DNA from: Chiloscyllium plagiosum
Taxonomy: Eukaryota
Reading direction: 5' to 3'
NCBI RefSeq assembly: GCF_004010195.1
Contig: NC_057720.1
Span: 30,706,815 to 30,741,979 of the forward strand
DNA length: 35,165 nt
The notes below the pieces were generated by a model that saw only the letters and a list, made by a program, of their open reading frames with translations, was not told the origin of the DNA and did no database searches. Made by a program: the position numbers and the translations under genes. This document shows, one piece after another, positions 1 through 12,469 of this stretch. Each line of letters starts with the position of its first letter. Within the stretch, counting starts at the first letter, position 1.

Positions 1-98
1 TTCCCAAAATGCAGCACCTCTTATTTATGTGAATTAAATTCCATCTGCCACTTCTCAGCCCATTGGCCCATCTGGTCACAATCCTGTTCTAATCTGAA
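1..98 (-). mobile_element. CR1 LINE ORF2 (RT C-terminal) fragment, cut by the window edge
   Basis: Minus strand reads like GQWAEKWQMEFNS...EVLHFG, the CR1 RT motif also seen in the other copies. Confidence 0.7.
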
Positions 99-242
99 TG
101 TTACAATAAAATTAATTAAAGGCAATGAATTGTGAAAATATTGGAATTTAGGGATAATTCCTCAACTGTACTTTAAGCATTGGTGTCAAAACATTGCTGA
201 TTTAAATGACCAGAACACCTTTATCTCCAATACAGCAACTAA

Positions 243-815
243 ATAGTCATACAGCACAGAAACCGACCCTTCGATCCAACTCATTTGCACTGACCAGACA
301 TCCCAATCTGACCTCGTCCCATTTGCCAGCATTTGGCCAATGTTCCTCTAAACCCTTCCTATTCATATACCTCGCCAAATGCCTTTTAAATGTTGTAATT
401 GTGTCCACCTTCAACACTTCCTCGGACAGCTCATTCCATACATGCACCACCTCAGGTCCTTTTAAAGTCTTCGCCCTCCCACCTTAAACATGTGCCCTGT
501 AATTTTGGACTTCCACAAATTTCTCTCAATGCCCGCCGCCATGGAACACACCCTTGGCTATTCACCCTATCCATGCCTATCACAACTTTACAAACCTTTA
601 TAGGGTCATCCCTTAGTCTCCGATGTTCCAGGGAAAAACCCTCAGCCTATTCAGCCACTCCCTATCGCTCAAATCCTTCAATCATCCTTGTAAATCTTTT
701 CTGCACTCTCTCAAGTTTAACAACAACCTTCCCACAGAAGGGTGACCAGAATTGTGTGTACTGTTCTAAAAGTGACCTCTCCAATGTACTGCACAAATGC
801 AGCATGACATCTAAA
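243..815 (-). mobile_element. CR1 LINE 3' fragment (ORF2 C-terminus, 3'UTR, tail)
   Basis: ORF 247..450 (VWNELSEEVLKVDTITTFKRHLARYM); 3'UTR similar to the copies ending at 12211 and 32820. Confidence 0.85.
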
Positions 816-1067
816 TAATTAAACAATTTCCTGCTTTTCCCCTTTCAAAGGTTTTGACTCTTCACTGGACTATGCTTCGGGCTCCACTCTGTGGCATGTC
901 ATTCAAGTGGCTGAGTAGTGAATGCAGTGATCTTATTAGTCTGTGCTAAGTTTCACATCTTATTCTTTGTTAATGTTGCTACTCACCACCTCAAAAATCA
1001 TTAGGCAAGTATACCTGACTATGGAAATGGTGCATTGTTGAATGATACAACATATGTGGGCTCTCAC

Positions 1068-1163
1068 CTTGCAAGCTGCAGGCAGATTGAATAAACTCCT
1101 TGCCTTGTCTCATAGTCCACCTCAGATGGAATGGAATCTCTCTGCATAACGTTCACCACCAAA
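1068..1163 (-). CDS. USP24: USP24 exon P (S-LVVNVMQRDSIPSEVDYETRQGVYSICLQLA-R)
   Basis: 96 nt, phase 2-2; attccAG / GTgaga; peptide matches recalled vertebrate USP24. Confidence 0.94.
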
Positions 1164-1754
1164 CTGGAATACAAAAAGCGCAAAGTTGCATAGCTTTCTT
1201 TGGCTAATACTTACCAAGATATGCAGCAAGGATTGGACAACCATATTTAGCAGCAGTATTTTGATGGTGCTTTCCATTATGGAGTGATTGTCACCTACAT
1301 GGGTTTCTTAAATTAAAATTACAGTAATTCATAGAACATAGAACTTTACAGCACAGTACAGACCCTTCGACCCTCGATGTTGCGCCGACCTGTGAAATTA
1401 AGCTGATGCCCATTTAACCTAAACCGTTTCATTATTATCCATATGTGTGTCCAAAGCCCATTTAAATGCCCTTAAGGTCGGTGAGTCTACTACTGTTGCA
1501 GGCAGGGCCTCTACTACTCTGAGTAAAGAAACTACCCCTAATATCTGTCCTAAATCTATCACCCCTCAATTTAAAGCTATATCTCTTTGTGTTAGCCTTC
1601 AACATCCAAGGAAAAAGGCTCTCACGGTCCACCCTATCTAAACTTCGATTACCTTATATGTCTCGATTAAGTGACCTCTGAACCTGCTTCTCTCCAATGG
1701 AAACAGCCTCAGTTCCCTCAATCTTTCCTTGCAAGACCTTCCTTCCATACCAGG

Positions 1755-4128
1755 AATACAGGCAGGGTGCCTGCAGAATGGAGAGATAAATGAGAGCGGG
1801 GTGGGGGTGGGGAGAAAGTAGCATAGAGTACAATAGGTGAATGGGGGTGGGGATGGGTATTCCAAGGCGGAAGATGAGGCATTCTTCCTTCAGGCGTCGG
1901 GTGGTGAGGGAGTGGCGATGGAGGAGGCCCAGGACCTGCATGTTCTCGGCTGAGTGGGAGGGGGAGTTGAAATGTTGGGCACAGGGCAGTGGGGTTGATT
2001 GGTGCGGGTATCCCGGAGATGTTTCCTAAAGCGCTCTGCTAGGAGGCATCCAGTCTCCCCAATGTAGAGGAGACCACATCGGGAGCAATGGATACAATAA
2101 ATGATATTGGTGGATGTGCAGGTAAAGCTTTGATGGATGTGGAAGGCTCCTTTGGGGCCTTGGATGGAGTTGAGGGGGCATGGACCTGACCAGGTAGTCA
2201 CAGAGGGAACGGTCTTTGCGGAAAGCGGAAATGGGTAGGGAGGGAAATATATCCCTGGTAGTGGGGTCTGTTTGGAGGTAACGGAAATGTCTTCGGATGA
2301 TGTGGTTTATGCGAAGATTGGGAGGGTGGAAGGTGAGTACCAGGGAGGTTCTGACCTTGTTACGGTTGGAGGGGTGGGATTTGAGGGCGGAGGGGCAGGA
2401 TGTGGACGAGATGCTTTGGAGGGCATCTTTAACCACGTGGGAAGGGAAATTGCGGTCTCTAAAGAAGGTGGCCATCTGGTGTGTTCTGTGGTGGAACTGA
2501 TCCTCCCGAGGGCAGATACGGTGGAGGAATTGGGAATGCGGGATGGCATTTTTGCAGAAAGTAGGGTGGGAAGAGGTGTAATCCAGGTAGCTGTGGGAGT
2601 TGGTGGGTTTGTAAAAAATGTCAGTGTCAAGTAGGATTTCATTAATGGAGATGGAGAGGTCCAGGAAGGGGAGAGAGGTGTCAGAGATGGTCCAGGTGAA
2701 TTTAAAGTCAGGGTGGAATGTGTTGGTGAAGTTGATAAATTGCTCAACCTCCTCACGGGCGGACAAGGTGGCGCCAATGCAGTCATCAATGTAGCAGAGG
2801 AAGAGGTGGGCAGTGGTACCAGTGTAACTACGGAAGGTGGACTGTTCTACGTAGCCAATAAAGAGACAGGCATAGCTGGGGCCCATATGGGTTTCCATGG
2901 CTACCCCTTTGGTCTGGAGGAAGTGGGAGGATTCGAAGGAGAAATTGTTAAGGGTGAGAACCAGTTCAGCCAAACGAAAGTGTGTTGGTGGAAAGGTACT
3001 GTTGGGAACGTCAGGAGAGGAAGAAACGGAGGGCTGGGAGACCCTGGTCATGGCGGACGGAGGTGTAGAGGGATTGGATATCCATGGTGAAGATGAGACG
3101 TTGGGGGCCGGGGAAACCGAAGTCTTGGAGGAGTTGAAGGGTGTGGGTTGTGTCTCGAATAAATGTGGGGAGTTCCTCGACTAGGGGGGGATAGGACAGT
3201 GTCAAGGTAGGTGGAGATGAGTTCAGTGGGGCAGGAGCATGCTGAGACAATGGGTCGGCCAGGGTGGTCAGGCTTGTGGATCTTGGGAAGGAGGTAGAAT
3301 CAGGCGGTGCGAGGTTCCTGGACTAGGAGGTTGGAAGCTGTGGGTGGGAGATCCCCTGAGGCAATGAGGTTCTGTATGGTCTGGGAGATGACGGTTTGGT
3401 GATGGGGGGGGTGGGGTCATGGTCGAGGGGGCAGTCTTCAAGTTGGTGTCTGGCTTCAGCGGTGTAGAGGTCAGTATGCCAAACTACCACTGCACCCCAT
3501 TTATCTGCTGGATTGATGGTGAGGTTGGGATTGGAGCAGAGGGGGTGGAGGGCTGTGCGTTGTGAGGGTGAGAGGTTGGAGTGGGGGTAGACAGGTTGAG
3601 GCGGTTAATGTCTTGGCGGCAATTGGAAATGAAGAGATCGAGGGCAGATAATAGGCCAGCATGGGGTATCCAGGTGGATGGAGTGTGTTGGAGGTGGGCA
3701 ACATTTCCCCTCCCCCGACCTTACCCCAGCTCCAACCTTCCAGCTCAGCACTGCCCTCATGACCTGTCCTATCTGCCTATCTTCCTTTTCACCTATCCAC
3801 TCCACCCTCCTCTCTGACCTATCACTTTCATCCCTACCCCCATTCACCCACTGTACTCTTTGCTACCTTACCGCAACCTCCTCTCTGACCAATCACCTCC
3901 ATTCCCCACCCCCATTCACCTATTGTACTCTATGATACTTTCTCCGCACCCCAACCCCCTTCTCATTTATCTCTCCACTCTGCAGGCACCCTGCCTCTAT
4001 TCCTGAAGAAATGCTTTTGCCCGAAAATTCGATTTTCCTGCTCCTCCGATGCTGCCTGACCTGCTGTGCTTTTCTAGCACTACTCTAATCTAGACTCTGG
4101 TTTCCAGCATTTGCAGTCCTTGTTTTTA
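1755..4128 (-). mobile_element. Penelope-like retroelement (possibly Neptune clade): frameshifted RT + GIY-YIG endonuclease, with an inverted pLTR segment at ~3700-4128 (+)
   Basis: RT motifs [30 protein letters not shown] and YIDDCIG; GIY-YIG motif NIIYCIHCSRCGLLYIGETG; ~1751-1855 is the inverted repeat of ~3905-4005; 19-bp imperfect TSD at 1736-1754 / 4129-4147. Confidence 0.9.
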
Positions 4129-4265
4129 ACCTTCTTTCCATACCTGGCAACATCCTAGTGAATCTCCTCTGACTGCTTTCCAAAGCTTCCACATCCTTCC
4201 TATAATGCGGTGACCAGAACTGCACCAATACTCCAGGTGCAGCCATACCAGTGGCTTGTACAGCT

Positions 4266-4473
4266 GAGGAGAAAGTGAGGGCTGCAGATGCTGGAGATCA
4301 GAGCTGAAAATGTGTTGCTGGAAAAGCGCAGCAGGTCAGGCAGCATCCAACGAACAGGAGAATCGACATTTTGGGCATAAGCCTGAAGAAGGGCTTATGC
4401 CCGAAACGTCGATTCTCCTGTTCCTTGGATGCTGCCTGACCTGCTGCGTGTTTCCAGCAACACATTTTCAGCT
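4266..4473. mobile_element. Non-autonomous fold-back element made of two inverted PLE 3' ends (copy 1)
   Basis: Arms 4301-4383 / 4392-4474 (83 bp, 5 mismatches); TSD cttgtacagctga at 4255-4267 / 4474-4486; similar to the PLE end at 4000-4128. Confidence 0.85.
4383..4410 (+). ncRNA. Minimal hammerhead-ribozyme core motif of PLE type (activity unproven)
   Basis: CUGAAGA-a-GGGC(uuau)GCCC-GAAA-c-GUC; PLE pLTRs are known to carry minimal hammerheads; stem I appears disrupted by the inversion. Confidence 0.55.
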
Positions 4474-7400
4474 CTTGTACAGCTGAAGCATGACTTCGGG
4501 GCTCTGAAACTCAATCCCCCCCACCATATGCTTTCTTAACAACCCTATCAACCTGGGTGGCAACTTTCAGGGATTTAGGCACCTAGACACCAAGATCTCT
4601 GTTCATCGACACTGCCAAGAATTTTACTATTAGCCCGTACTCTGCATTCTTGTTACTTCTTAAGTTACTACCTCACACCTTTCCGCATTAAACTCCATTT
4701 GCAGTAGCTGTTTCTCGAATAAGGTCCACATTTCAAAAGTGCCCATCCTTTATAGTTTCTTTCCCCATTCTAAATCTAATATAATCTCATCATAATTGCC
4801 TTTTCCACAGTTATACCTCTTTCCCTGCAGAATATACCCATCCCTGCCCATTGCTATTGTAAATGTAACCGAATTATGGTCACTACTGCCAAAATGCTCA
4901 CCTATCTCCAAATCTAACACCTGATCGGGTTCATTCCCCAGTACCAAATCCAATAATGGCATTACCTTTTTTGGCCTGACTACATACTGTGTCAGAAAAC
5001 CTTCCTGCACACATTGAACAAAAACGGACTCATCTAAAGTACTTGAACTATAGTATTCCCAGTCAATATTGGAGAAGTTAAAGTCCCCCATAACAACTAT
5101 CCTGTTACTCTCGCTCCTATTGAGAATCATCTTTGTTATCCTTTCCTCTAAATCTCCAGAACTATTCGGAGACCTATAGAATAAGGACTTCTCCTTTCCT
5201 GTTTCTAACCTCAGCCAAAACTAACTCAGTGGATGAGCCCTCAAACATTATCTCAGCTGCTGTAATACTACCCTTGATTAAGAATGCCACACCCCCGTCT
5301 CTTTTACCATCTTCTCTGTCCATGCTGAAACATCTAAATCCCAGAATTTGCAACACCCATTCCTGTCCCTCCTCTAGCCATGTCTCTGAAATGGCCACAA
5401 CATTGAAATCCCAGGTACCAACCCATGCTGCAAGTTCACCCACCTTATTCCAGATGCTCCTGGCATTGAAGTACACACATTTCAAATCAACATCCTGATT
5501 GCCAGTGCCCTCTTGTGACCTTGTATACCTATCCCTGACCTAACTACTCTAAACCTCCTATATACTGGAACTACAATTTAGGTTCCCTCTACTGCATTAG
5601 TTTAAACCCCCCACCGAAGAGCATTAGCAAATGTTCCCCCCAAGGATACTGATACTGCTCTGATTCAGGTGAAGATCATCCTATTTGTAGAGGTCCTGCC
5701 TTCCCCAGAAAGAGTTCCAATTATCTAAGAATTCAAAAATCGTAAAATAATCAAAATTATAAAAAGCACAGATGTGCTTTAGTTATTAAAAATGTTTTGG
5801 TGTCACCATCCCACAAGACTTCTCTTTTGTTATGTTTTGGCGAAACGATATTTCCTAAAGCTAATCAAAATCTCCTATGATTTTAAAACCCGCACTCATA
5901 TTAATGTTATGTATGCAGCACCAAGTATATGATTTAATTGCAGTATGTAGTGCTCTTGACATTACAATGGATAGCATAATGCTCTCCTGTCTCTCATAAT
6001 ATAAGATCATAAGAATCTGGATTAATATAGACATGTAAGCTTAAAGTTGCATTACAAAATTTACTTCAAGCTAAATAAGTTAACATGCTGGATAACACAA
6101 AAGTTCTAAATTCAAAACAAAACATCTGTCTGTTCTTGGGTCAATCTACCAAGGAGTGCATACCAATTTGCCAAGATGCATATCATATATATAGTATGTA
6201 GATGTAACAAACAGAATATCATAGTTGACAACTAACCCCCACCAGGCAGAGCTTTGCTCTCCTAGGAGATCCTGCAGTCTTGCCTACACTATAACTCTGA
6301 AGACACTGAAACTCAAACATGCATTAACCAACCTTAACTACACATTCAAAGAAAGAACACACAAATATACCAAGGTAGAAATGAATCCCTGACATTTTTT
6401 TTGTTTTCTCAGAATACAATTTATTTAATCAAATTATTACATGCTATTATTTGTGTAGCTAAACAACAGATAGCATATAGAGCCAAGGCAGAAGCACAGG
6501 ATCGAGCAAAAAGACAAAATTGCTAGAAATTAACGGCGAATTACAGAAAAGGAAGGGGAGGAGGCTGGAGCAAGAAGATAAAAGTTGACAAAGATTGACA
6601 GAATGTAAAAAGAATCAGTGTTGTAAGAAAGAGACTAAGATTGATTAAGGAAATTTCCATTGATGATATTCATCTGTCAGATAATACGATATTGACAGCA
6701 GATCAGATGCATGTGAAAACTGTGATACAATGGTGAAGAAAAGAGCTATCTTTAACGTGTTGAGTAAATGATAAATTTGACTGCCACATTTAAACGAGCC
6801 ACCTGATTCCCAATGTTCTTCTTGAGAATAGTTGGGCAGGATCAACAAAAAGAATCGCTATTTTTATTCGCGTAGTAAGAACTTCTAAAGTGATCTGTCA
6901 TGAAATATTTAATGATTCAACAAGCAATGAAATTGCAATCAATGAAAATGTACAGTGGTACAGATATTGCGTTTGACACTGATGAAATACTCAGTATTAT
7001 CAAACATTGAGAAAATGTAGACATCAATTTTGATCCTGAGGATTTGAGAGCAACACTGAGTATTCAAGAAAGATTAGAAGAAATTATATTGTAAAAATTG
7101 TAAACCTAATTAAACTAGAGTCAAACCAAGTAAAGCAAAATGAACATAAGCTAATTGTGAAAATAAACATTTTTGTCAAATAATATTGAGTATAATGCAT
7201 GTAAATTTGGCTTGTTTGGATTCATATTTGTGGGATTAAAATTAGAAATTAAAATAACTAAGTCAAAGAAGGTAATTATCTAAATTGGGGGTGGGGGGGT
7301 TCAATTAAATCCATTATTCAATCCAAGTTCCCAAAAGGTGAATGTCTCAGTTTGTTACTTTATGAATACATCTTCTTTATCTTATTTATCTAAATATCTT

Positions 7401-8286
7401 ATTTTGAACTTCACAGAACTGTGATAGCACAGATGACAACTATTCAGCCATCACATCTACACCAACTCTGGAGCCAATCTCATATTGTTTCCCATACCCG
7501 TGCACACTATTTCTATCTAATGCCTCCATTAATGCCTCAATTAATCTGCCTCCCCGACATTTCCAGGCAGTGTGTTCCATACCCTATTAGTTATATCTAT
7601 TTCCTGGACATAGGACTGGTAGCTCAACTTGTAGCAAAAAAATTAAAATCAATCTAGAATAGGTCAAAAATCCTTTCTAGAAATCATTTCTCACAGTATC
7701 AGTTGTGACAAGTATCACCAGGTTTACAGTATCTAATAACCTCTTCAGTAAATCTTATTAATTGTTCATGTTTTAAATTGTGAGCTATTAATCAGAATAT
7801 TGATGAACAATGTTTTGAATCAAGTGACCTGTTAATTTCTCAAAAGACTTTTGGGAAATGAGCACAGAATTAATACACTGAAGAGTTTGCTTGGGCCTAT
7901 GAAATGCAAATTTCATTTTCATTCTAACGCAAACATAAAAAAAAACAAAATCTCACTATTTTCTCAGTTGTCATGACGGTAAAGCTGAAATAATTTTAAA
8001 TCAGCTCCCAAAATGAGACAATGGTTATAAAAAGCAATAATTATTTTAAGCAGTGCGCATTGGTGAGTTTTTAAGGTGGCTGTGCAGTTTCCAGCTCATT
8101 TCTTGTGCGCTGTTGCTATAATAAGCATTAACTATACAATACTATACAATTGGAAAAGTTTAGTGTAAAATTCAAGTCATACTCTGCATTTTATATTTAA
8201 TGGAACTCCAAACTAATCAGAAGCAGCTTTTGCCAATCTGAAGTCAATAGTACACATTCAAATGAATTATAAACGCACAACTGCAA

Positions 8287-8330
8287 CCTATAAAACCTAC
8301 AAAAGCAGCCCTATAAAACCTACAAAAGCA
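8287..8330. repeat. Tandem duplication, period 23 (cctataaaacctacaaaagca x2)
   Basis: Identical 21-mers at 8287-8307 and 8310-8330. Confidence 0.9.
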
Positions 8331-9308
8331 ACCGAGGCTGACAATCTGAAGTAAAACAAAGTGCAGGAGAAACTGAGCAAGTCTGGCAGTATCTTTAGAA
8401 CGGGACAAGAGTTAATATTTCAAGTCCAACATGATTTTATCATGGAAGAAAAGTTATAAATGTCATAAATTATGAGTTTGACTGTACATTATAACAAAAT
8501 CATGTTCAGGGAGATCCGTTATCTTTGTAAGGTTGAAAGCTTGCCTTTGGATACAATGACATTGCAATGGCTAAAAAAACATAATGAATATAAACCTTGC
8601 TGCGTCTCAGAATGGAATGCTTCTAAATAGAAACTGCCAGGAAAAATGTTGAATAATTGAGGCCAGTTTTTGAGAAGCTGACAGGTTAAGGGAAGAAGTT
8701 TTCGACGATAATCGAAACCTGGAATGGAAATTTTATGAAAATATATTTTCTAATGTTTTTAACGTATTTGGATGGTGGTCTACTTATGAGGAGTTGAAAC
8801 AATTGGAGGGGGAATATATATTTTTATGGTGCTACATCAGGAAAACAACAACAAAGTTTAGCACTTAGCAGAACAGCTGAAGTTCATTTCAGCCAATGGT
8901 TGAGAGATCACCTTTAGCTTGGTGAAGTCTTAAAACAGATTATTCAACTAGGATCTGCCCTCTGAAATTCTGAAGATTTTTCAATTCTGGTTTCAATGAC
9001 CAACAATATATCTGATAGTAGATTCCAACCAAATTGGCCGAGTACAGTTTCACCTTATAACTTGTTATGGTAGCATTGAAATATTAAGTGAGGCATTCCC
9101 ATCTTGACAAATTATTTAAATGTAATATATTCCTGAAATATAAAAAGTCTTTCTAAGTGATTCAACTAATTACTAAAACATTTGATATTCAATGGAGAAA
9201 AATAATTATATCAGATTGGGTCAAGTTTGCTTTATGGTGCTTGAATGGCAGGTGGAATGAAAATAACAAAAAGGAAAAGACTGAAGACAAAATAATACAT
9301 ATCCATAC

Positions 9309-9406
9309 CTTAAACCTCCTGCTTTGAGGAAGTTTTCACAGAAAGATTTAGCACAATTTCTTGCCATTTCATCATCTGAAGTAGGCATCAGCTTGGAACT
9401 AAGAAC
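9309..9406 (-). CDS. USP24: USP24 exon O (VLSSKLMPTSDDEMARNCAKSFCENFLKAGGL-S)
   Basis: 98 nt, phase 0-2; gtacAG / GTatgg; visible inside ORF 9221..9421. Confidence 0.94.
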
Positions 9407-9609
9407 CTGTACAAACAGCATAAGAAGTCCAAATCAACAGCAGGAACCAAATGACATTCTACACCAACAGGCAAATAAAACATTTATTTAATGAGTGGAG
9501 TGAATAAAACCTAGAACTTTGTCAAGAAAATGGCAACTTCACAAGAATATGAGGTAAATATTAACCAAAGATCAAGAGATAAACTATTTCCACTTAGTGT
9601 TACTATAGC

Positions 9610-9880
9610 AGGTCCCAGGTTTGATTCCAGCCTCAGGTGACCATCTGTGGGGAGTTTGCATGTTCTCTCAGTGTCTGTGTGGGTTTCCCCTGGGTGCTCC
9701 AGTTTCCTCCCACAGTCCAAAGATGTGCAGGTCAGGTGGATTGGTCATGCTAAATTGCCCATAGTGTTAGGTGCATTAATCAGAGGGAAATGGGTCAGGG
9801 TGGGTTACTCTTCAGAGGGTCGGTGTGGACTTGTTGGGCTGAAGGGCCTGTTTCCACACTGTAGGGAATCTAAACTAATT
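9610..9880 (+). mobile_element. HE1-like V-SINE, 5'-truncated
   Basis: B-box ggtttgattcc; V-domain (gtgtctgtgtgggtttcccctgggtgctccagtttcctcccacagtccaaag); CR1-derived tail; homologous to 30487-30802. Confidence 0.82.
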
Positions 9881-10234
9881 CTATAAATAAAAGTACCCAA
9901 AATTGAAAGAAACTGACACACAATGAAATTTATACTGCTCATGAACACGCTCAAAATAGTAGACTTGAGGAAAATTGCATCAGATCCAGCTGACAATTAG
10001 GGCAGAACATGAGAATTCAATTAATACTCAGCTTCAGTGGATGTAGGATGCTACTATGCCTAACTAATGGAGAGTCACCAGGATTACCTCCACTGATTAG
10101 GAGTTCATGAATGATTTTAGTTTTACAAAAACTGAAAGATATCTTGGTGAAAGGAAGTTGAAACTGCAACATTGAGTGATTTCAATTATCATGGTTTTTG
10201 TTTAATTTATGCTCATTCCTTTTTGAAATATGCC

Positions 10235-12211
10235 AGCAAATGTTCCTGTTAGGGTGAAGGGCAACATTTACAGGTGTAGAGAATGCTGGTTGACTAGAGA
10301 AATTAAGGATTCACTCATGAAAAAGAAGGAAGCATATGTCAGGTATAGAGAGCTGAAATTGAGTGATTCCCTCAAAACGTAAGAGGGCAGTCAGGAGGGC
10401 AAAAAGGGAAATTGAAATAGCTTTTGCAAATAGGGTTAAGGAGAATCCAAAGGGATTCTACAAATACGTTAAGGACAAAAGGGTAACTCGGGAGAAAATA
10501 GGGCTCTTTAAAGATCAGCAAGGCCACCTACGTGTGGAATTGCAGGAGAAGCGGGGGATACTAAACTAGTATTTTGCAGTGTTCACTATGGAGAAGGATA
10601 TGGAAGACAGAAAATGTGTGAGGAAATATATAGCGAAGTTTTTAAAAATGTCTACATTACAGAGGAGTTGGTACTGAACATCTTGAAACAAAGGTGGAAA
10701 AATTCATGGATGTGACCAAGTGTATCCTAGAACTCTGTAGGAAGCAAGGGAAGAGATTGCTCGGTCTCTTGCTGAGATATTTGTATCATCGATAGTCACA
10801 ATTGAGGTGCCAGAAGACTTGAGCTTGGCTAACGTTGTACCACTATTGAAGAAAGGTGATAAAGAAAAGCCAAGGAACTATAGATTGGTGAGCCTGACAT
10901 CGGTGGCGAGCAAGTTGTTGGAGGGAATCCTGAGGGACAGAATGTACTTGTATTTGGAAGGGCAAGGACAGATTAGGGATAGTCAACATGGTTTTGTGCA
11001 TGGGAAATCGTGTCTCACTAAGTTGACTGAGTTTTTTGAAGTAACAAAGGGGATTGATGAGGGCAGAGCAGTGGATATGATCTACATGAACTTCAGTCAG
11101 GCATTTGACAAGATTTCTCACTGGAGACTGGCCAACGAGATTAAATCACATGGAATACAGGAAATCTAACTGTTTGGATACAGAATTGGCTCAAAGATAA
11201 AAGGCAGAAGGTGGTGGTGGAGGGTTGCTTTTCAGTTTGGAGGCCTGTGACCAGCAGTGTGTCACAAGAATTGGTGCTGGGTCCATTGCTTTTCGTCATT
11301 TATATAAATAATTTGGATATGAACATAGGAAGTATGGTTAGTATGTTTGCAGATTACACTGAAAGTGGAGGTGTCGTAGACAGTGAAGAAGGTTACCTGA
11401 AAACATAATGGGATCTTGATCAGTTGGGCCAATGGGCCAAAGAGTGACAGATGGAGCTTAATTCAGATAAATGGGAGGTGCAGCATTTTAGAAAGGTAAA
11501 TCACAGCAGGACTTACACACTTCATGGGATGGTCCTGGGAAGTGTTGCTGAACAAAGAGACCTTGGAATGCAGGTCCATCATTCCTTGAAAGTTGCATGT
11601 AGTTAGGATACTGAAGGTGACGTTTGGTATGCTGCCTTTATTGGACAGTGCATTAAGTATAGGAGCTGGGAGGTCATGTTGTGGCTGTATAGGACATTGG
11701 TTAGGCCGTTATTGGAATATTGCATGCAATTCTGGTGTCTCTGCTATAGAAAAGATGTTGTGAAACTTGAAAGGGTTGAGAAAAGATTTGCAAGGATGTT
11801 GCCAGTGTTTGAGCTATTGGGAGAGGCTGACTAGGGGAGGGTATTTTCCCTGGAGCATGAGGGGCTGGGAGGTGACCGTATAAACATTTGAAAAATCATG
11901 AGTGGCATGGATAGGTTAAATAGTTCAAAACTAGACGGCATAGGTTTAAGGTGAGAGGGAAAAGATAGAAAAGGGACCTATGGGGCAACCTTTTCATGCA
12001 GAGTGTGGTGTGTGAGCTGCCAGAAGGAGCAATGCAGGCTGATATGATTTCAACATTTAAAAATTAACTGGATGGATATATGAATAGGAAAGGTTGAGAG
12101 GGAAATTAACCAAATACTGGCAAATGGGACTAAATTTATATAGGATATCTGGTCAGCATGGACACGTTGGACCGAAGGGTCTGCTTGTGTGCTATATATC
12201 TGTATGACTCT
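10235..12211 (+). mobile_element. 5'-truncated degenerate CR1 LINE (RT region to 3'UTR)
   Basis: ENPKGFYKYV, NYRLVSLTSV, SQHGFVHGKSCLT, FSQAFDK, VLGPLLFVIYINNL and FADYT (mutated catalytic motif); tail tatgactct. Confidence 0.92.
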
Positions 12212-12469
12212 AAATTCATTTTTGAACAAATGGAATCTAACCTTTATACATGGTTTTGGGAGCGAATGCAGTGAATACCTTCAAGTTGAGAACAAAATAG
12301 AATTTCATGTGGAATGAGTGGGATGTCAAACAACTATAAATTATTTTCCTCTGATATACTGAAGGCTTAATGAGGCAGCATAATAAAGGTCTCATTGGGA
12401 GGTGCAATGAGATGATCCAGTCTCTTGCAAAATAATATCCAAAGGTTTCATAACTTGAATAACTCATAC

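Larger units (their letters stand above)
1330..5735 (-). mobile_element. Degenerate, internally deleted CR1 LINE that hosts two PLE insertions
   Basis: (catagaa)n tail at ~1330; RT C-terminus 1400-1754 resuming at 4129-4705; APE endonuclease 4750-5485 (KCVYFNARSI, AISETWL, VVMGDFN, SDHNSV); ORF1 esterase-like end at ~5600-5735 (FLDNWNSFWGRQDLYK*DDLHLN). Confidence 0.88.

Noticed and set aside
1795..1860. G-quadruplex-prone G-runs as a regulatory element
   Set aside because: An intrinsic part of the PLE pLTR, with no independent evidence of function.
2026..3051. 341-aa RT ORF as a domesticated gene, retron or telomerase
   Set aside because: It is frameshifted, internally deleted, linked to a GIY-YIG domain and bounded by a TSD, so it is a dead PLE copy.
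2272..3184. Several 67-125 aa plus-strand ORFs
   Set aside because: Antisense shadow ORFs of the Penelope RT region.
4266..4473. DNA-transposon MITE or pre-miRNA
   Set aside because: The arms are asymmetric, the TSDs are long and variable (about 13 and 17 bp) and the sequence matches the PLE 3' end; there is no expression evidence for a miRNA.
6840..7210. Possible Tigger/pogo transposase C-terminal relic
   Set aside because: AT-rich, with no diagnostic motif or terminal inverted repeats that I can support.
8287..8330. CRISPR-like repeat
   Set aside because: Two adjacent copies with no spacer in a vertebrate intron: a simple tandem duplication.
8580..8622. Minus strand reads ETQQGLYSLC, resembling exon P (ETRQGVYSIC); possible decayed duplicate exon
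   Set aside because: Only 22/30 nt match, there are no suitable splice sites and no flanking similarity; this is compatible with chance, and the true exon is at 1068-1163.
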